Below are positions 50,762 through 59,729 of a stretch of 64,000 bases of DNA, piece after piece (within the stretch, counting starts at the first letter, position 1; the number at the start of each line of letters is the position of its first letter). Made by a program: the position numbers and the translations under genes. Location: contig JBEKKK010000001.1 of NCBI GenBank assembly GCA_050010755.1, positions 1,248,001 through 1,312,000 on the forward strand, written 5' to 3'. A model generated the notes under the pieces. That model made no database searches. It was not told the origin of the DNA and was given only the letters and a program-made list of their open reading frames with translations. The DNA comes from Candidatus Bathyarchaeia archaeon. GTDB lineage: Archaea; Thermoproteota; Bathyarchaeia; Bathyarchaeales; Bathycorpusculaceae.

Positions 50762-53065
50762 TTGAACATAGCCAGTAGGAGGAAGGAAACCAAAGTGAAG
50801 CTGCCCAACATATCTCGAGAAACCCTGGGAAAACTTCGAGTAAAGATCAGTTCCACTTCTTTGCTTTCTTTCGCGGCGTTGATACTTATCCTGTTCATCG
50901 CTTACATCATACGCATGCTTCCACTGCGTTGGGAAATTGGATCTGGAACAGGCTTCATAAACCTGTCCGAGTTTGATGCATTTTTCGAATTTCGCATAGG
51001 TAACTATATGGTGCAAAACGGGTTGCTTTCGCCTTATTGGCCAAAACTGTGGCTCGATACCCAACTCTGGTATCCCGCGGGAATTAACATGGGCACAGAA
51101 TCGCTACCGTCAATACCCATGACTGGAGCTTTTCTTTATGACATAGTTCATGCTCTGGGGGTCAACATAGATTTTATGAGTTTTTGTGCGCTTCTTCCAC
51201 CAATATTTGGCACCTTGTGTGTTCTAATTATGTATTTCATCGGCAAGGAATATGGAGGAAAAGCCGTCGGATTGCTCGCTGCGCTTATCTTGGCTCTGGA
51301 CGCATCTTTTATTACAAGAAGCAATTTGGGCTGGTTTGAAACTGAAACAGCCACATTTTCCTTTCTGCTTTTCTTTTTGCTTTTTCCGAAAGCAATCGAA
51401 GAAGAGAGATCGATAAGCTCCTCATTGAAACTGTCGCTGGCCTGCGGATTGTGCTTGGCCTACTTCATATGTGGGTGGGGTGCAGCGTATTATCTGGTAG
51501 ATTTGGCAGTACTCTTCGTTTTCGTCTTGCTCCTGTTGAGAAGGTACACCCGGCGCATACTGTTTGCCTACAGCATAACATATGGATTAGGGCTTATAAT
51601 AGCAATGAGCGCTCCATTCTTGGGAATACAATATCCAGTAAGCTATGCGGTCTTGCCCGTGGCTGGCGTGTTCCTCTTGCTGTGCCTTAGTGAAGTTCTG
51701 AAGATTCTAACCTCGGCAAGAGAGAGATTCGCCCTCGTAGTAGCAACCATAATAGCCATCATTGGCGCCTTCACGGCTATCTTCACCCTAGGATATGCAA
51801 ATAACATAGCGGGCAAGTTCATAACAGTCTTGGATCCTTTATTACGAAGTGCCAGTCCACTCACTGAGTCCGTTGCTGAGCACGGTATAACCGCTTGGGG
51901 CTCAATGTATTATGATCTGGGCATCTTGATTCTTTTCTTTGTTGTCGGGCTGTATTTCATTTCAAGAAATCTGGTCAACAAGAACCTGTTCTTGTTACTC
52001 TTTGGATTGACATCACTGTACTTCGCTGGCTCCATGGTGCGCTTGCTTTATCTTCTAGCACCAGCCTTTGGCCTTATCGCCGCCGTAGGAATAGTAGGTA
52101 TACTGAGACCATTCATCGCAATGCTGAAAGAACCACCGAAGATAACAACGAAAAAGTTTCGTCTAGAGCATGTGGGAAAAGAATTTAGCGGAACTGCCGT
52201 TTTCCTAATATTCCTGATTCTAGTGACGCAGTTTGCGGTGTCACCGCAGTCAGGTGGCATTCCAGCTGTGTACACGCAAGCTTACAGTCCTTTGACGATT
52301 ACGGCAGCGAGCCTTCCCATAGTTCCCAATGCTGCTGTAACAGAATGGCTTGACATGGTTACATGGACTAAGAATAATCTCGCTTCGACCGACGTCGTGG
52401 ATGCTTGGTGGGACTATGGATTCTGGCTGACAATTCTCGGAAATGTGACGACGCTCAACGATAACGCCACGATAAACGGAACGCAGATAGAAAATGTGGG
52501 TTTCACGATGATGGCAAACGAGAATGATTCAATAAAGATGCTGAAGGCTTACAATGCAAAATACATTCTCGTCTTCACCACGCTCGCCATAGAATCGCAA
52601 TCAGGTATAAACTACGCGGTTGAAGCTGGCTACGGAGACGAAGGAAAATGGACGTGGATGGCAAGGATCTCCGCGCAGAGCAGCTATGACATTAATGTTA
52701 CTCCCACCTCCCCTTGGACAAACTGGAATTGGACTGACGAGACGGCGTTCGGATCATTCACAAATGTTACTACCTATTGGCCGAACGATTGGTTATGGAA
52801 CAACCAAGGAACAAATTCGACGATTTATCAACTGATGACTTGGGCGAGAACCTTGTATTGCAATGCGCAAGGAGTAACCGACCCCGACGCGGGCAACGCT
52901 ACTGGAGGAATAAACCCCGATACTGGCGTGTCAAACCCCGTGCCACTCTACTTTACACCTGCACACATTTCCGGGTTGGATCTTAACCCAACTGACGCCA
53001 CTGATCAGTACGGTGGGTTGGTGCCACTCGTCGCGCTTTTCAAGATAGACTATCCTGACGGGTGA
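50762..53065 (+). CDS. aglB: Oligosaccharyltransferase AglB/STT3
   Basis: EFD, SVAEH, WWDYG, DNAT.N, multi-TM. Confidence 0.95.
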   Translation: MNIASRRKETKVKLPNISRETLGKLRVKISSTSLLSFAALILILFIAYIIRMLPLRWEIGSGTGFINLSEFDAFFEFRIGNYMVQNGLLSPYWPKLWLDTQLWYPAGINMGTESLPSIPMTGAFLYDIVHALGVNIDFMSFCALLPPIFGTLCVLIMYFIGKEYGGKAVGLLAALILALDASFITRSNLGWFETETATFSFLLFFLLFPKAIEEERSISSSLKLSLACGLCLAYFICGWGAAYYLVDLAVLFVFVLLLLRRYTRRILFAYSITYGLGLIIAMSAPFLGIQYPVSYAVLPVAGVFLLLCLSEVLKILTSARERFALVVATIIAIIGAFTAIFTLGYANNIAGKFITVLDPLLRSASPLTESVAEHGITAWGSMYYDLGILILFFVVGLYFISRNLVNKNLFLLLFGLTSLYFAGSMVRLLYLLAPAFGLIAAVGIVGILRPFIAMLKEPPKITTKKFRLEHVGKEFSGTAVFLIFLILVTQFAVSPQSGGIPAVYTQAYSPLTITAASLPIVPNAAVTEWLDMVTWTKNNLASTDVVDAWWDYGFWLTILGNVTTLNDNATINGTQIENVGFTMMANENDSIKMLKAYNAKYILVFTTLAIESQSGINYAVEAGYGDEGKWTWMARISAQSSYDINVTPTSPWTNWNWTDETAFGSFTNVTTYWPNDWLWNNQGTNSTIYQLMTWARTLYCNAQGVTDPDAGNATGGINPDTGVSNPVPLYFTPAHISGLDLNPTDATDQYGGLVPLVALFKIDYPDG

Positions 53066-53949
53066 AGGAAGACATTTTGTTCCCCAGAGCTCCTGACCAG
53101 CATAAGCCAAACAGGCCGCTGGTTCCGAACGGTTTAGGCATCTTCTATGTCATTATCAGCGCTGTTTACATTTTTCTTCTGTATTTCTTCGGCGTGGAGA
53201 ACGTGGCTAACGGGATTTCTGCGCCTCTTACCTTGGCGGCATGCATATTGTTCGGTGGTTTCATGGGCCTGCTGGACGACTGGATCGATCTCAGGTGGCG
53301 ATACAAGGCGTTCCTTCCACTTGTGGCTGCCATACCTCTTGTTACTTTTGCAAGTAAGGTCGGAGCGCGTACTTCGATAGCCCTTCCGCTTTTGGGAACC
53401 ATCCACTTCGGACCGGTATATTACTTTATAATCATTCCAGTCCTCGTGACGATAATCACGAACACTGTTAATCAGCTTGGTGGTCTGAACGGTTTAGAAA
53501 CAATCTGTCCCGCAATAATTATGATAGGGCTGATGGTCATCTCAGGATCTTTCGCAATTCTCCTGCTTTGTCCGTTGATTGTTTGGCTGATACTTGCCTT
53601 CTTTAATTTTCAAGGCAGAATTTTCATCGGTAATACTGGATCTTTCGCCATAGGGATTACGCTCGCTGCTTTTGCAGTTATTTCGGACCTGAAGTTCGAT
53701 TTGGTGATTTCAGTTTTGCCATACATATTCAACTCAGTTGTAATTCTCTTGACATTTTTCTTTTACAAGACTAAGGCCAGCGTTTCCTTTGACGGCAAGC
53801 GACTCGTGTCAGATCACAGGAGGAGCCTAGTAACGCTTATCTCGTTTAACCGTCCGCTGACCGAAAGACAGATGGTCATCATAATCTCGCTTTTGGTTGC
53901 GGCAACAACTTTCGCAGCTGTCCTTGCTCGACTACTGTTAAATCTCTGA
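53062..53949 (+). CDS. aglH: UDP-GlcNAc:dolichyl-P GlcNAc-1-P transferase (GPT/MraY family)
   Basis: GLLDDWIDL, N..N..GGLNGLE, IFIGNTG; GTGA overlap with aglB. Confidence 0.85.
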   Translation: MKEDILFPRAPDQHKPNRPLVPNGLGIFYVIISAVYIFLLYFFGVENVANGISAPLTLAACILFGGFMGLLDDWIDLRWRYKAFLPLVAAIPLVTFASKVGARTSIALPLLGTIHFGPVYYFIIIPVLVTIITNTVNQLGGLNGLETICPAIIMIGLMVISGSFAILLLCPLIVWLILAFFNFQGRIFIGNTGSFAIGITLAAFAVISDLKFDLVISVLPYIFNSVVILLTFFFYKTKASVSFDGKRLVSDHRRSLVTLISFNRPLTERQMVIIISLLVAATTFAAVLARLLLNL

Positions 53950-54034
53950 CACTTTGATTTCCCTCAAACTCGTTTTTCAACGCAGTGCCCTAAAGAAAGA
54001 GTACGTGGCCAACACGGTTCGCAGAGCAGCGCGC

Positions 54035-56725
54035 CTAGAGGAAATGTTCCAGTTTCGTCAGGCCGATTATTTCTTCAAAATCTAGGCCTAGGGCGTCTAA
54101 GACCTGATCAAACGTTGATTGCAGATAGGCGACGTACTTGTCGACATCGACCTCATTCCGTGTTGCGAGTTCGACAGGCTTGACGTGTGGTTCCCTGGTG
54201 ATCTTGACGAAGCTTATCAGGTCGCCTGCCTTCAAGTCTGCCCCTTTTTCTCTCAAGATTTTGGCAGCTTTTACATGTTGTGGCGTTGTCTTTGTGTAGT
54301 GTTCTATGTCCTCCCCCAAGACCACGTTGAAGGCGAGATCGCTCATGCTGTCCCATTCTCGCCTCTTGAGTTGCTGGTAGCACTCCCGCACATTTTCTGC
54401 TATATCCATTTTCGCTTTCTCGAAATCTGCAGGTGTCTTAACAGTCGCCAGATGTGTTTTCATTCTTTCAAACGCCTTTTTTATGAAAATTGGTATATGC
54501 CGTTTCTTGCCTGTAAGTCCTTTTACGTCAACAGTCCCATCTTCTAGCACGCCTAAGTAGTTCTTTTTTCGAGAACTGAACACGGCGTACCTGTAGACCT
54601 TGTCAACGTCGAGACTCATTTTTAGCTCTTGCTCAGTCCAACCTGCCAACTCTTCGATCTGTTGCTTCGAAGGATTTTTCAAGAATAGGCTGTCCGTGTC
54701 TCCATAAAGCACTTGGATATTCAGCTTCTCAGCTTTGCCGAGTATTTGTGTTATAGAGTGTCTCCCGATTGCAGCGGTAGCTTCGGCCACCGGTGGACAA
54801 TAAAGGTCGAAGCTTTCGGCTCCAAATACTCCGTAGCTTGCGTTCAGAATTACTTTTAACGCTCCTTGAGTTACGTTATACCAACTTCTTAGGTCAGGGG
54901 TAAGAGCCTTGTCTTTGGATTTTGGTTTGTACCATTGCACTCGCAAGTCCCTCAGCGAGCCGATGAGAAGACTTTCTAGCGCCCGTTTTTTCCTGCAGAC
55001 CCAGTGGGGCGTGCCAGGAATGACGTTGCTACGGCATTCAGGGTGTTGACACAAGATGGATTGGTAGCCCAAGTTCCAGACCTTTATTATTGAAGGGTAC
55101 AAGCTTGGAAAGTCCATAACGGCCACATTGAAGTGAACTCCGGGAACAGGCTCAACGACAATGGCGCCCTTGTATTTTTTGCCCTTGATGATTGCTTTTG
55201 TCGCGGTCTTGCCCTTCATTGCTAATATTTCTTGAGGGGTTGGAATGAGCATGTTTCTGTGGCGATGTTCTCTTTGGAGGAAGTCTCTTATCCAGCGCGA
55301 CACCCCTTGCCTGCTAACATCCTCCATGGGCATGCTGCTGATTCTCGCGAGTAGAAGAATCAGCTTCATGACCTGTTCGTCTTCGAAACTTGTGAGTTTG
55401 AAAGTTATTTCGGAGTCCCTGAAACAGTATTTGGCCAGTTCAGTGTAAGTTAGCTCTCCCAAGTTTTTGTCAAGCTGAATTTTCTCCAGTCGGATTAGGG
55501 CCCTTCCTACCTCGTTGAGGGTCACGTCCCGGTAGCGGCCGTTAAAAGCGTATATTTGGATTGAGCGATTAAAGAAGAACTTGTAGAGATCAATGTGGAC
55601 TCCATAGCTCAGAAGGCAGGAGCGTTTGCCGATTTCTATTGGAATGTCGCTGTGCTTTATGCCTAGGTTCATGGCGCGGTGGGCTAGATAACGGAGGTCG
55701 AAATCGTCCCCGTTGAACGTTAGCACGAAGGGGTAGTCCCAAAGGGCGTCGAAAACGGCTCTTAAGAGTTTTTCTTCTGTGTCGAAGTATTCGATTGTTA
55801 CGCCCGCAGGCAAGTGTTCTGTTCCTTCGCGGATTTCTTCTCGCTTAAGAACGAGAATTGTCTCAAGCCCGTCAGAGGCGAACATTGACACGCAGATAAC
55901 TTGGTAAGCCGCCTCTCTCGGGTCTGGGACTCGTGTCGGAATGGGCGCCAATACCTCGATATCGATGGCTACGCGGCGGAACTTTGGAGCTGGATATTCC
56001 AGAAGTCTGGCCCATTCTACTATGAACTCGCATTCTTCGCTCGTAGCTTCCTTGAAGACTTCGCGTATTTTTGCCACTGTTCTTTCCGTGTCCTGCAAGG
56101 TTTTCTTAACGAGATTGCTGTCTTTGACCTCGTAAATCATTCCTGGAAACAGGTTTCTGTCGAATATGTAGGATTGATAGTATTTTATCGTTGATTCCCA
56201 TACTTTGATTTGATCTTGGGCTATTGGTGTTTCCGAGACTTTGGGGAAGTCTTCGGGTATTATGTCTCTGATGCATCCTGTTGGGCGTCCGCCGATGGCG
56301 AGAGGATCTTTGGTCAGGATTTTTGTTATTTTCACGTTCTTGTCCAGAAGGGGGTCGAATTTTTCGACGATTTCAAATCGGTCTAGACCCTGGTGCTGGG
56401 TCAAGCGGCTGATTCTTTCAAGCTCGTACCGTGACAGGTTGGTTAGGCAGTATGGCTGGTGTCCGGTGTTGTCGTACCAGAAATAGATCTGTCCCGAGAT
56501 TGGTTCATAGAGTTTCATCACTGCCTTTCCAATTTTTCCGTCGTATGTGGCGGATACAATGTAGGAAGCGGACAAGTTCTGAGGTGCCACTGGAGGAAAA
56601 GAAAAGCGTTTCACTTTTTCATTGGCCCGGCTTCCAGAGATGACAGCGATTCTGGGCTCCGCTTTCTCCTCTTTCACATACGGAGCTTCTTTGCGTGCAA
56701 AGTCTTCTAAGCGTTTCTGTGCCAT
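54035..56725 (-). CDS. polB1: Family B DNA polymerase PolB1
   Basis: DIEV, FNGDDFD, DFPSLYPS, K...NASYG, YGDTDS, KKNY; WYDNTGH.PY N-terminus typical of B1. Confidence 0.95.
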   Translation of the reverse strand: MAQKRLEDFARKEAPYVKEEKAEPRIAVISGSRANEKVKRFSFPPVAPQNLSASYIVSATYDGKIGKAVMKLYEPISGQIYFWYDNTGHQPYCLTNLSRYELERISRLTQHQGLDRFEIVEKFDPLLDKNVKITKILTKDPLAIGGRPTGCIRDIIPEDFPKVSETPIAQDQIKVWESTIKYYQSYIFDRNLFPGMIYEVKDSNLVKKTLQDTERTVAKIREVFKEATSEECEFIVEWARLLEYPAPKFRRVAIDIEVLAPIPTRVPDPREAAYQVICVSMFASDGLETILVLKREEIREGTEHLPAGVTIEYFDTEEKLLRAVFDALWDYPFVLTFNGDDFDLRYLAHRAMNLGIKHSDIPIEIGKRSCLLSYGVHIDLYKFFFNRSIQIYAFNGRYRDVTLNEVGRALIRLEKIQLDKNLGELTYTELAKYCFRDSEITFKLTSFEDEQVMKLILLLARISSMPMEDVSRQGVSRWIRDFLQREHRHRNMLIPTPQEILAMKGKTATKAIIKGKKYKGAIVVEPVPGVHFNVAVMDFPSLYPSIIKVWNLGYQSILCQHPECRSNVIPGTPHWVCRKKRALESLLIGSLRDLRVQWYKPKSKDKALTPDLRSWYNVTQGALKVILNASYGVFGAESFDLYCPPVAEATAAIGRHSITQILGKAEKLNIQVLYGDTDSLFLKNPSKQQIEELAGWTEQELKMSLDVDKVYRYAVFSSRKKNYLGVLEDGTVDVKGLTGKKRHIPIFIKKAFERMKTHLATVKTPADFEKAKMDIAENVRECYQQLKRREWDSMSDLAFNVVLGEDIEHYTKTTPQHVKAAKILREKGADLKAGDLISFVKITREPHVKPVELATRNEVDVDKYVAYLQSTFDQVLDALGLDFEEIIGLTKLEHFL

Positions 56726-56878
56726 CTCAGTTTTGACCCTGTTACCTTTATGCGTTCAAAACCTAAAATCTCTTCTCCTCTGGGCGAAAACATCCGGTCG
56801 GACGTGACGCACGCTGAATACAGAATGCCTTTAATTCTCATTCGCTTGATCCTTGATGTTTGAGGAGATGCTGAAGCC

Positions 56879-58243
56879 ATGCTTAAGGAAGCTTGGATGC
56901 TTTCGATTGAGACCCTGAGCTGGATGGAAATGCGAAGGTTAAGCGAGCCGTTGGCTTTGGCGAGGACTGTTAAACAGCTGGGAGTTACTGATTACAACGT
57001 TGTGAGGATGGCTCACCTGCTTGTTTCTGAGACTGTGAGACGGAAGAACTTTATAGACAGGTTCATTGACGGCGTTGTGAAGCCAGATTCTTTGAGTGAT
57101 TTCGATTTTGGAACTCGGGCGTTTTTGAGGCTTTATGTCTATCAGGCTCGAATTGTCAAGAACTGGGTTAGGGCAGATTTTGACGAGGCCGAGAACGTCG
57201 TGAAGCTTGGTCGCTCTATCTTGGGGTGGAAGACTCTGCAGAGGGTCGAACCGTTTCTGGGCGTGTTGCTTACGCAAGAGGAGGCTTCGGTGTTTGAGGG
57301 TGGAAGCGACGAGCAATTGATCGGGCTTCGGACTTTTCACCCATCGTGGTTTGTGAGATACTGCATAGGGCACTTCGGCAGGGGAGAGACAGTTGACGTG
57401 CTGCGGGCGGATATGAAGCCGCCTCCGAGCTACGTGAGGTTGAACACCCTTAAGGCTGATGAGGTCGAAATTCTGCAGAGGCTCTGCGGAGACGGGGTTA
57501 GCGTTGAGAAAGTCGACGGGTTGAGATATACGTACGAGGTTACGGCCGCTTCTCAGCCTGTGGCCAGAACTGCAAGTTTTCAAGAAGGGTTGCTTTTTGT
57601 ACAGGATAAGGCAAGCTGTTTCGCCGTAGAAGCAGGAAACCCAAAAGGTGGCATGACCGTTCTTGACGTCTGTGCGGCGCCGGGAGCGAAGACCTCATTC
57701 CTGGCACAGCTGATGCAGAATAGGGGTGAAATCATCAGTGTGGATTATTCAAAGCGCAGGATGGCTACATGGGAGAATGAAATCAATCGGGCCGGCGTTG
57801 GGATTGCCGAGCCGGTGATTGCTGATGCGCGGTTCAGTTTGCCTTTGGATGTCAAGGCTGACTTGGTGGTTTTGGATCCGCCGTGTACGGGAACGGGCAC
57901 TTTTGCGAAGAATCCGGCGGCCAAGTGGAGGCTTGCGCCGAGGTCTATTGAGAAGATGGCTGAGATTCAGTGGCAAATGTTGAATAACTGTTCTGATTAC
58001 GTGAAGCCTGGAGGAACGCTGGTTTATTCTACGTGTAGCATAACCGTTGAAGAGAATGAGATGCTGATTGAACGGTTTATGAAATGGCATCCGGAGTTTT
58101 TGCTGACTGAAATAGCGCCGAAGATTGGTTTGCCAGGGCTGAGGGGGCTGGACAAGTGTCAACGACTTTATCCTCACGTGCACCGTTGCAATGGGTTCTT
58201 CATCGCAAAACTGTTGAAGAGCAAGGGCACGGAAGGTGCCTGA
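56879..58243 (+). CDS. RsmB/NOP2 (Fmu) RNA m5C methyltransferase
   Basis: QDKAS, D.CAAPGAKT, DPPCTGTG, YSTCS...ENE, GFFIA. Confidence 0.95.
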   Translation: MLKEAWMLSIETLSWMEMRRLSEPLALARTVKQLGVTDYNVVRMAHLLVSETVRRKNFIDRFIDGVVKPDSLSDFDFGTRAFLRLYVYQARIVKNWVRADFDEAENVVKLGRSILGWKTLQRVEPFLGVLLTQEEASVFEGGSDEQLIGLRTFHPSWFVRYCIGHFGRGETVDVLRADMKPPPSYVRLNTLKADEVEILQRLCGDGVSVEKVDGLRYTYEVTAASQPVARTASFQEGLLFVQDKASCFAVEAGNPKGGMTVLDVCAAPGAKTSFLAQLMQNRGEIISVDYSKRRMATWENEINRAGVGIAEPVIADARFSLPLDVKADLVVLDPPCTGTGTFAKNPAAKWRLAPRSIEKMAEIQWQMLNNCSDYVKPGGTLVYSTCSITVEENEMLIERFMKWHPEFLLTEIAPKIGLPGLRGLDKCQRLYPHVHRCNGFFIAKLLKSKGTEGA

Positions 58244-58290
58244 GGCTTCAGCTCCTCCTTCTTGGCGCGGGCAGCGGTTTTCGTTCTGTG

Positions 58291-59190
58291 TTATTGTTTT
58301 CTTGATTTTTCGATGAAACAGAGGAGTTCGAAGATTATTTTTGCGGCCTGAATGGCTGAGATGCCTTGGTCGTAGTTTGGGGCGATTTCGAGGACGTCGA
58401 AGCCTAGCACGCGTCTGTCGCACACGCTTTCGAGCATGTCGAGTAGAACGTTTGTTTCAAGTCCGTCTGCTTCGGGGTTTTGTGCTGCGGGAACGTAGGC
58501 GGGGTCGAGAACGTCCATGTCGACGGATATGTAGATGTTCTTGTAGGCGTCGAGTATTTTCTTCAGTTTGTCGGCGCTTCGTTGGGTTCCCTGTTTTCTT
58601 ATCTGTTGGGTTGTGAGAGATTCTATTCCTGCCTTCTTTGCGTATGCCAGTTCTTCTTTGCAGACTGCTCTTGTGCCGACTTCTATGATTTTTGCGGGTT
58701 TGGTTTCTTCGTTTATTCGGCGCATGAAGGTTGTGTGGGAGAGTTTGAGGCCTAGGAACTCGTTGCGCAGGTCGAGGTGTGCGTCGAAGCTGACTATCGC
58801 CGTTTCGGAGGCTTTGTCTCTGAGGCTTCTTGCGATTCCGAGGGTTATCGTGTGTTCTCCGCCGATGGTTACGGGTGTTTTTTGATTTTCAACGATGCTT
58901 GTTATGACGTGTTCTAGGGTTTTGAGGGTTTTTTCGGTGTTTGCGGAGACGTGCAGGTCGCCTAGATCGTGCAGGGATAGGTCTTCAACGTCTGTTCCTG
59001 TGCGCATGCTGTAGGTTTCGATGTTGAGCGATGCTTGTCTAATCGCGGTGGGACCGAAACGTGCTCCGGTGCGGTAGGTGCTGGTGACGTCGAAGGGAAC
59101 GCCTAAGATTATGTAATCTGCTTTTTCGAACGGTTTTTGAAGTCCGCTGAAGACGTTTGATTGTGAAACGAATAGTTCTTGATCGCTCAT
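58291..59190 (-). CDS. speB: Agmatinase
   Basis: GGEHT, DAHLD, D.DVLDP, E.AP. Confidence 0.93.
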   Translation of the reverse strand: MSDQELFVSQSNVFSGLQKPFEKADYIILGVPFDVTSTYRTGARFGPTAIRQASLNIETYSMRTGTDVEDLSLHDLGDLHVSANTEKTLKTLEHVITSIVENQKTPVTIGGEHTITLGIARSLRDKASETAIVSFDAHLDLRNEFLGLKLSHTTFMRRINEETKPAKIIEVGTRAVCKEELAYAKKAGIESLTTQQIRKQGTQRSADKLKKILDAYKNIYISVDMDVLDPAYVPAAQNPEADGLETNVLLDMLESVCDRRVLGFDVLEIAPNYDQGISAIQAAKIIFELLCFIEKSRKQ

Positions 59191-59395
59191 ACGCGTTTTC
59201 ACGTCCTGCCCTGTTTATCTTGGCCCTCGGTTCTAAACCTTTCCATGTCTCCTCCTGAAGTGGCAGGCTCACGGCATTTCTTTCCAATTCCAGACGAATG
59301 GCTTCCCGCGAGCTTTACAGTGACCCTCGGAAGAAGCGGGCTAGAGTCGCCTCTCTCTTTGAGTCCAGGTCCAACATTAGGCTTTATCACAAGAT

Positions 59396-59520
59396 GTCAA
59401 CTGTGAACGGTGTCCCCCCTCCCCTTTTTTTCTTTACATCTAATGTAATGTTGCTTTGTAATGTTGCTTTGTAAGTTTCCCATGTTGCGTGTGCGCGTTC
59501 CGAAAAAGGCTAAACTTGGA
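59396..59520 (-). repeat. Inverted copy of the non-coding element
   Basis: Reverse complement CCAAGTTTAGCCTTTTTCGGAACGCGCACACGCAACATGGGAAAC-TTACAAAGCAACA x2-TTACATTAGATGTAA-AGAAAAAAAGGGGAGGGGGGACACC closely matches the 4088-4198 copy. Confidence 0.92.
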
Positions 59521-59729
59521 AAGATATTGCATTAGTTGCCAGGAACTTCGGAAGACACATCTAGCACAATTCACCACCTAACGTGGGTTGCCATCCACAA
59601 CCGTTGTTTTCTTAGCGCTCGCGTTTTAATAACTGGCCATGTTCAGTTGGCTGTTTTTTCGACTCCAGTCTGGTCAATTGAAAAAGACCATGAACTTTCT
59701 CGCTTCGACAAAGAAAGAGCGGCCGCGTC

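Noticed and set aside
54035-56725. Intein in PolB (also checked Top6B and aIF5B)
   Set aside because: Lengths are normal and there are no splice-junction or LAGLIDADG motifs
59255-59340. Cobalamin riboswitch (CACTGTAA, GGGAAG, GAGCCTGCC on the minus strand)
   Set aside because: The 5' core elements are missing, spacing is wrong and the downstream gene is unrelated
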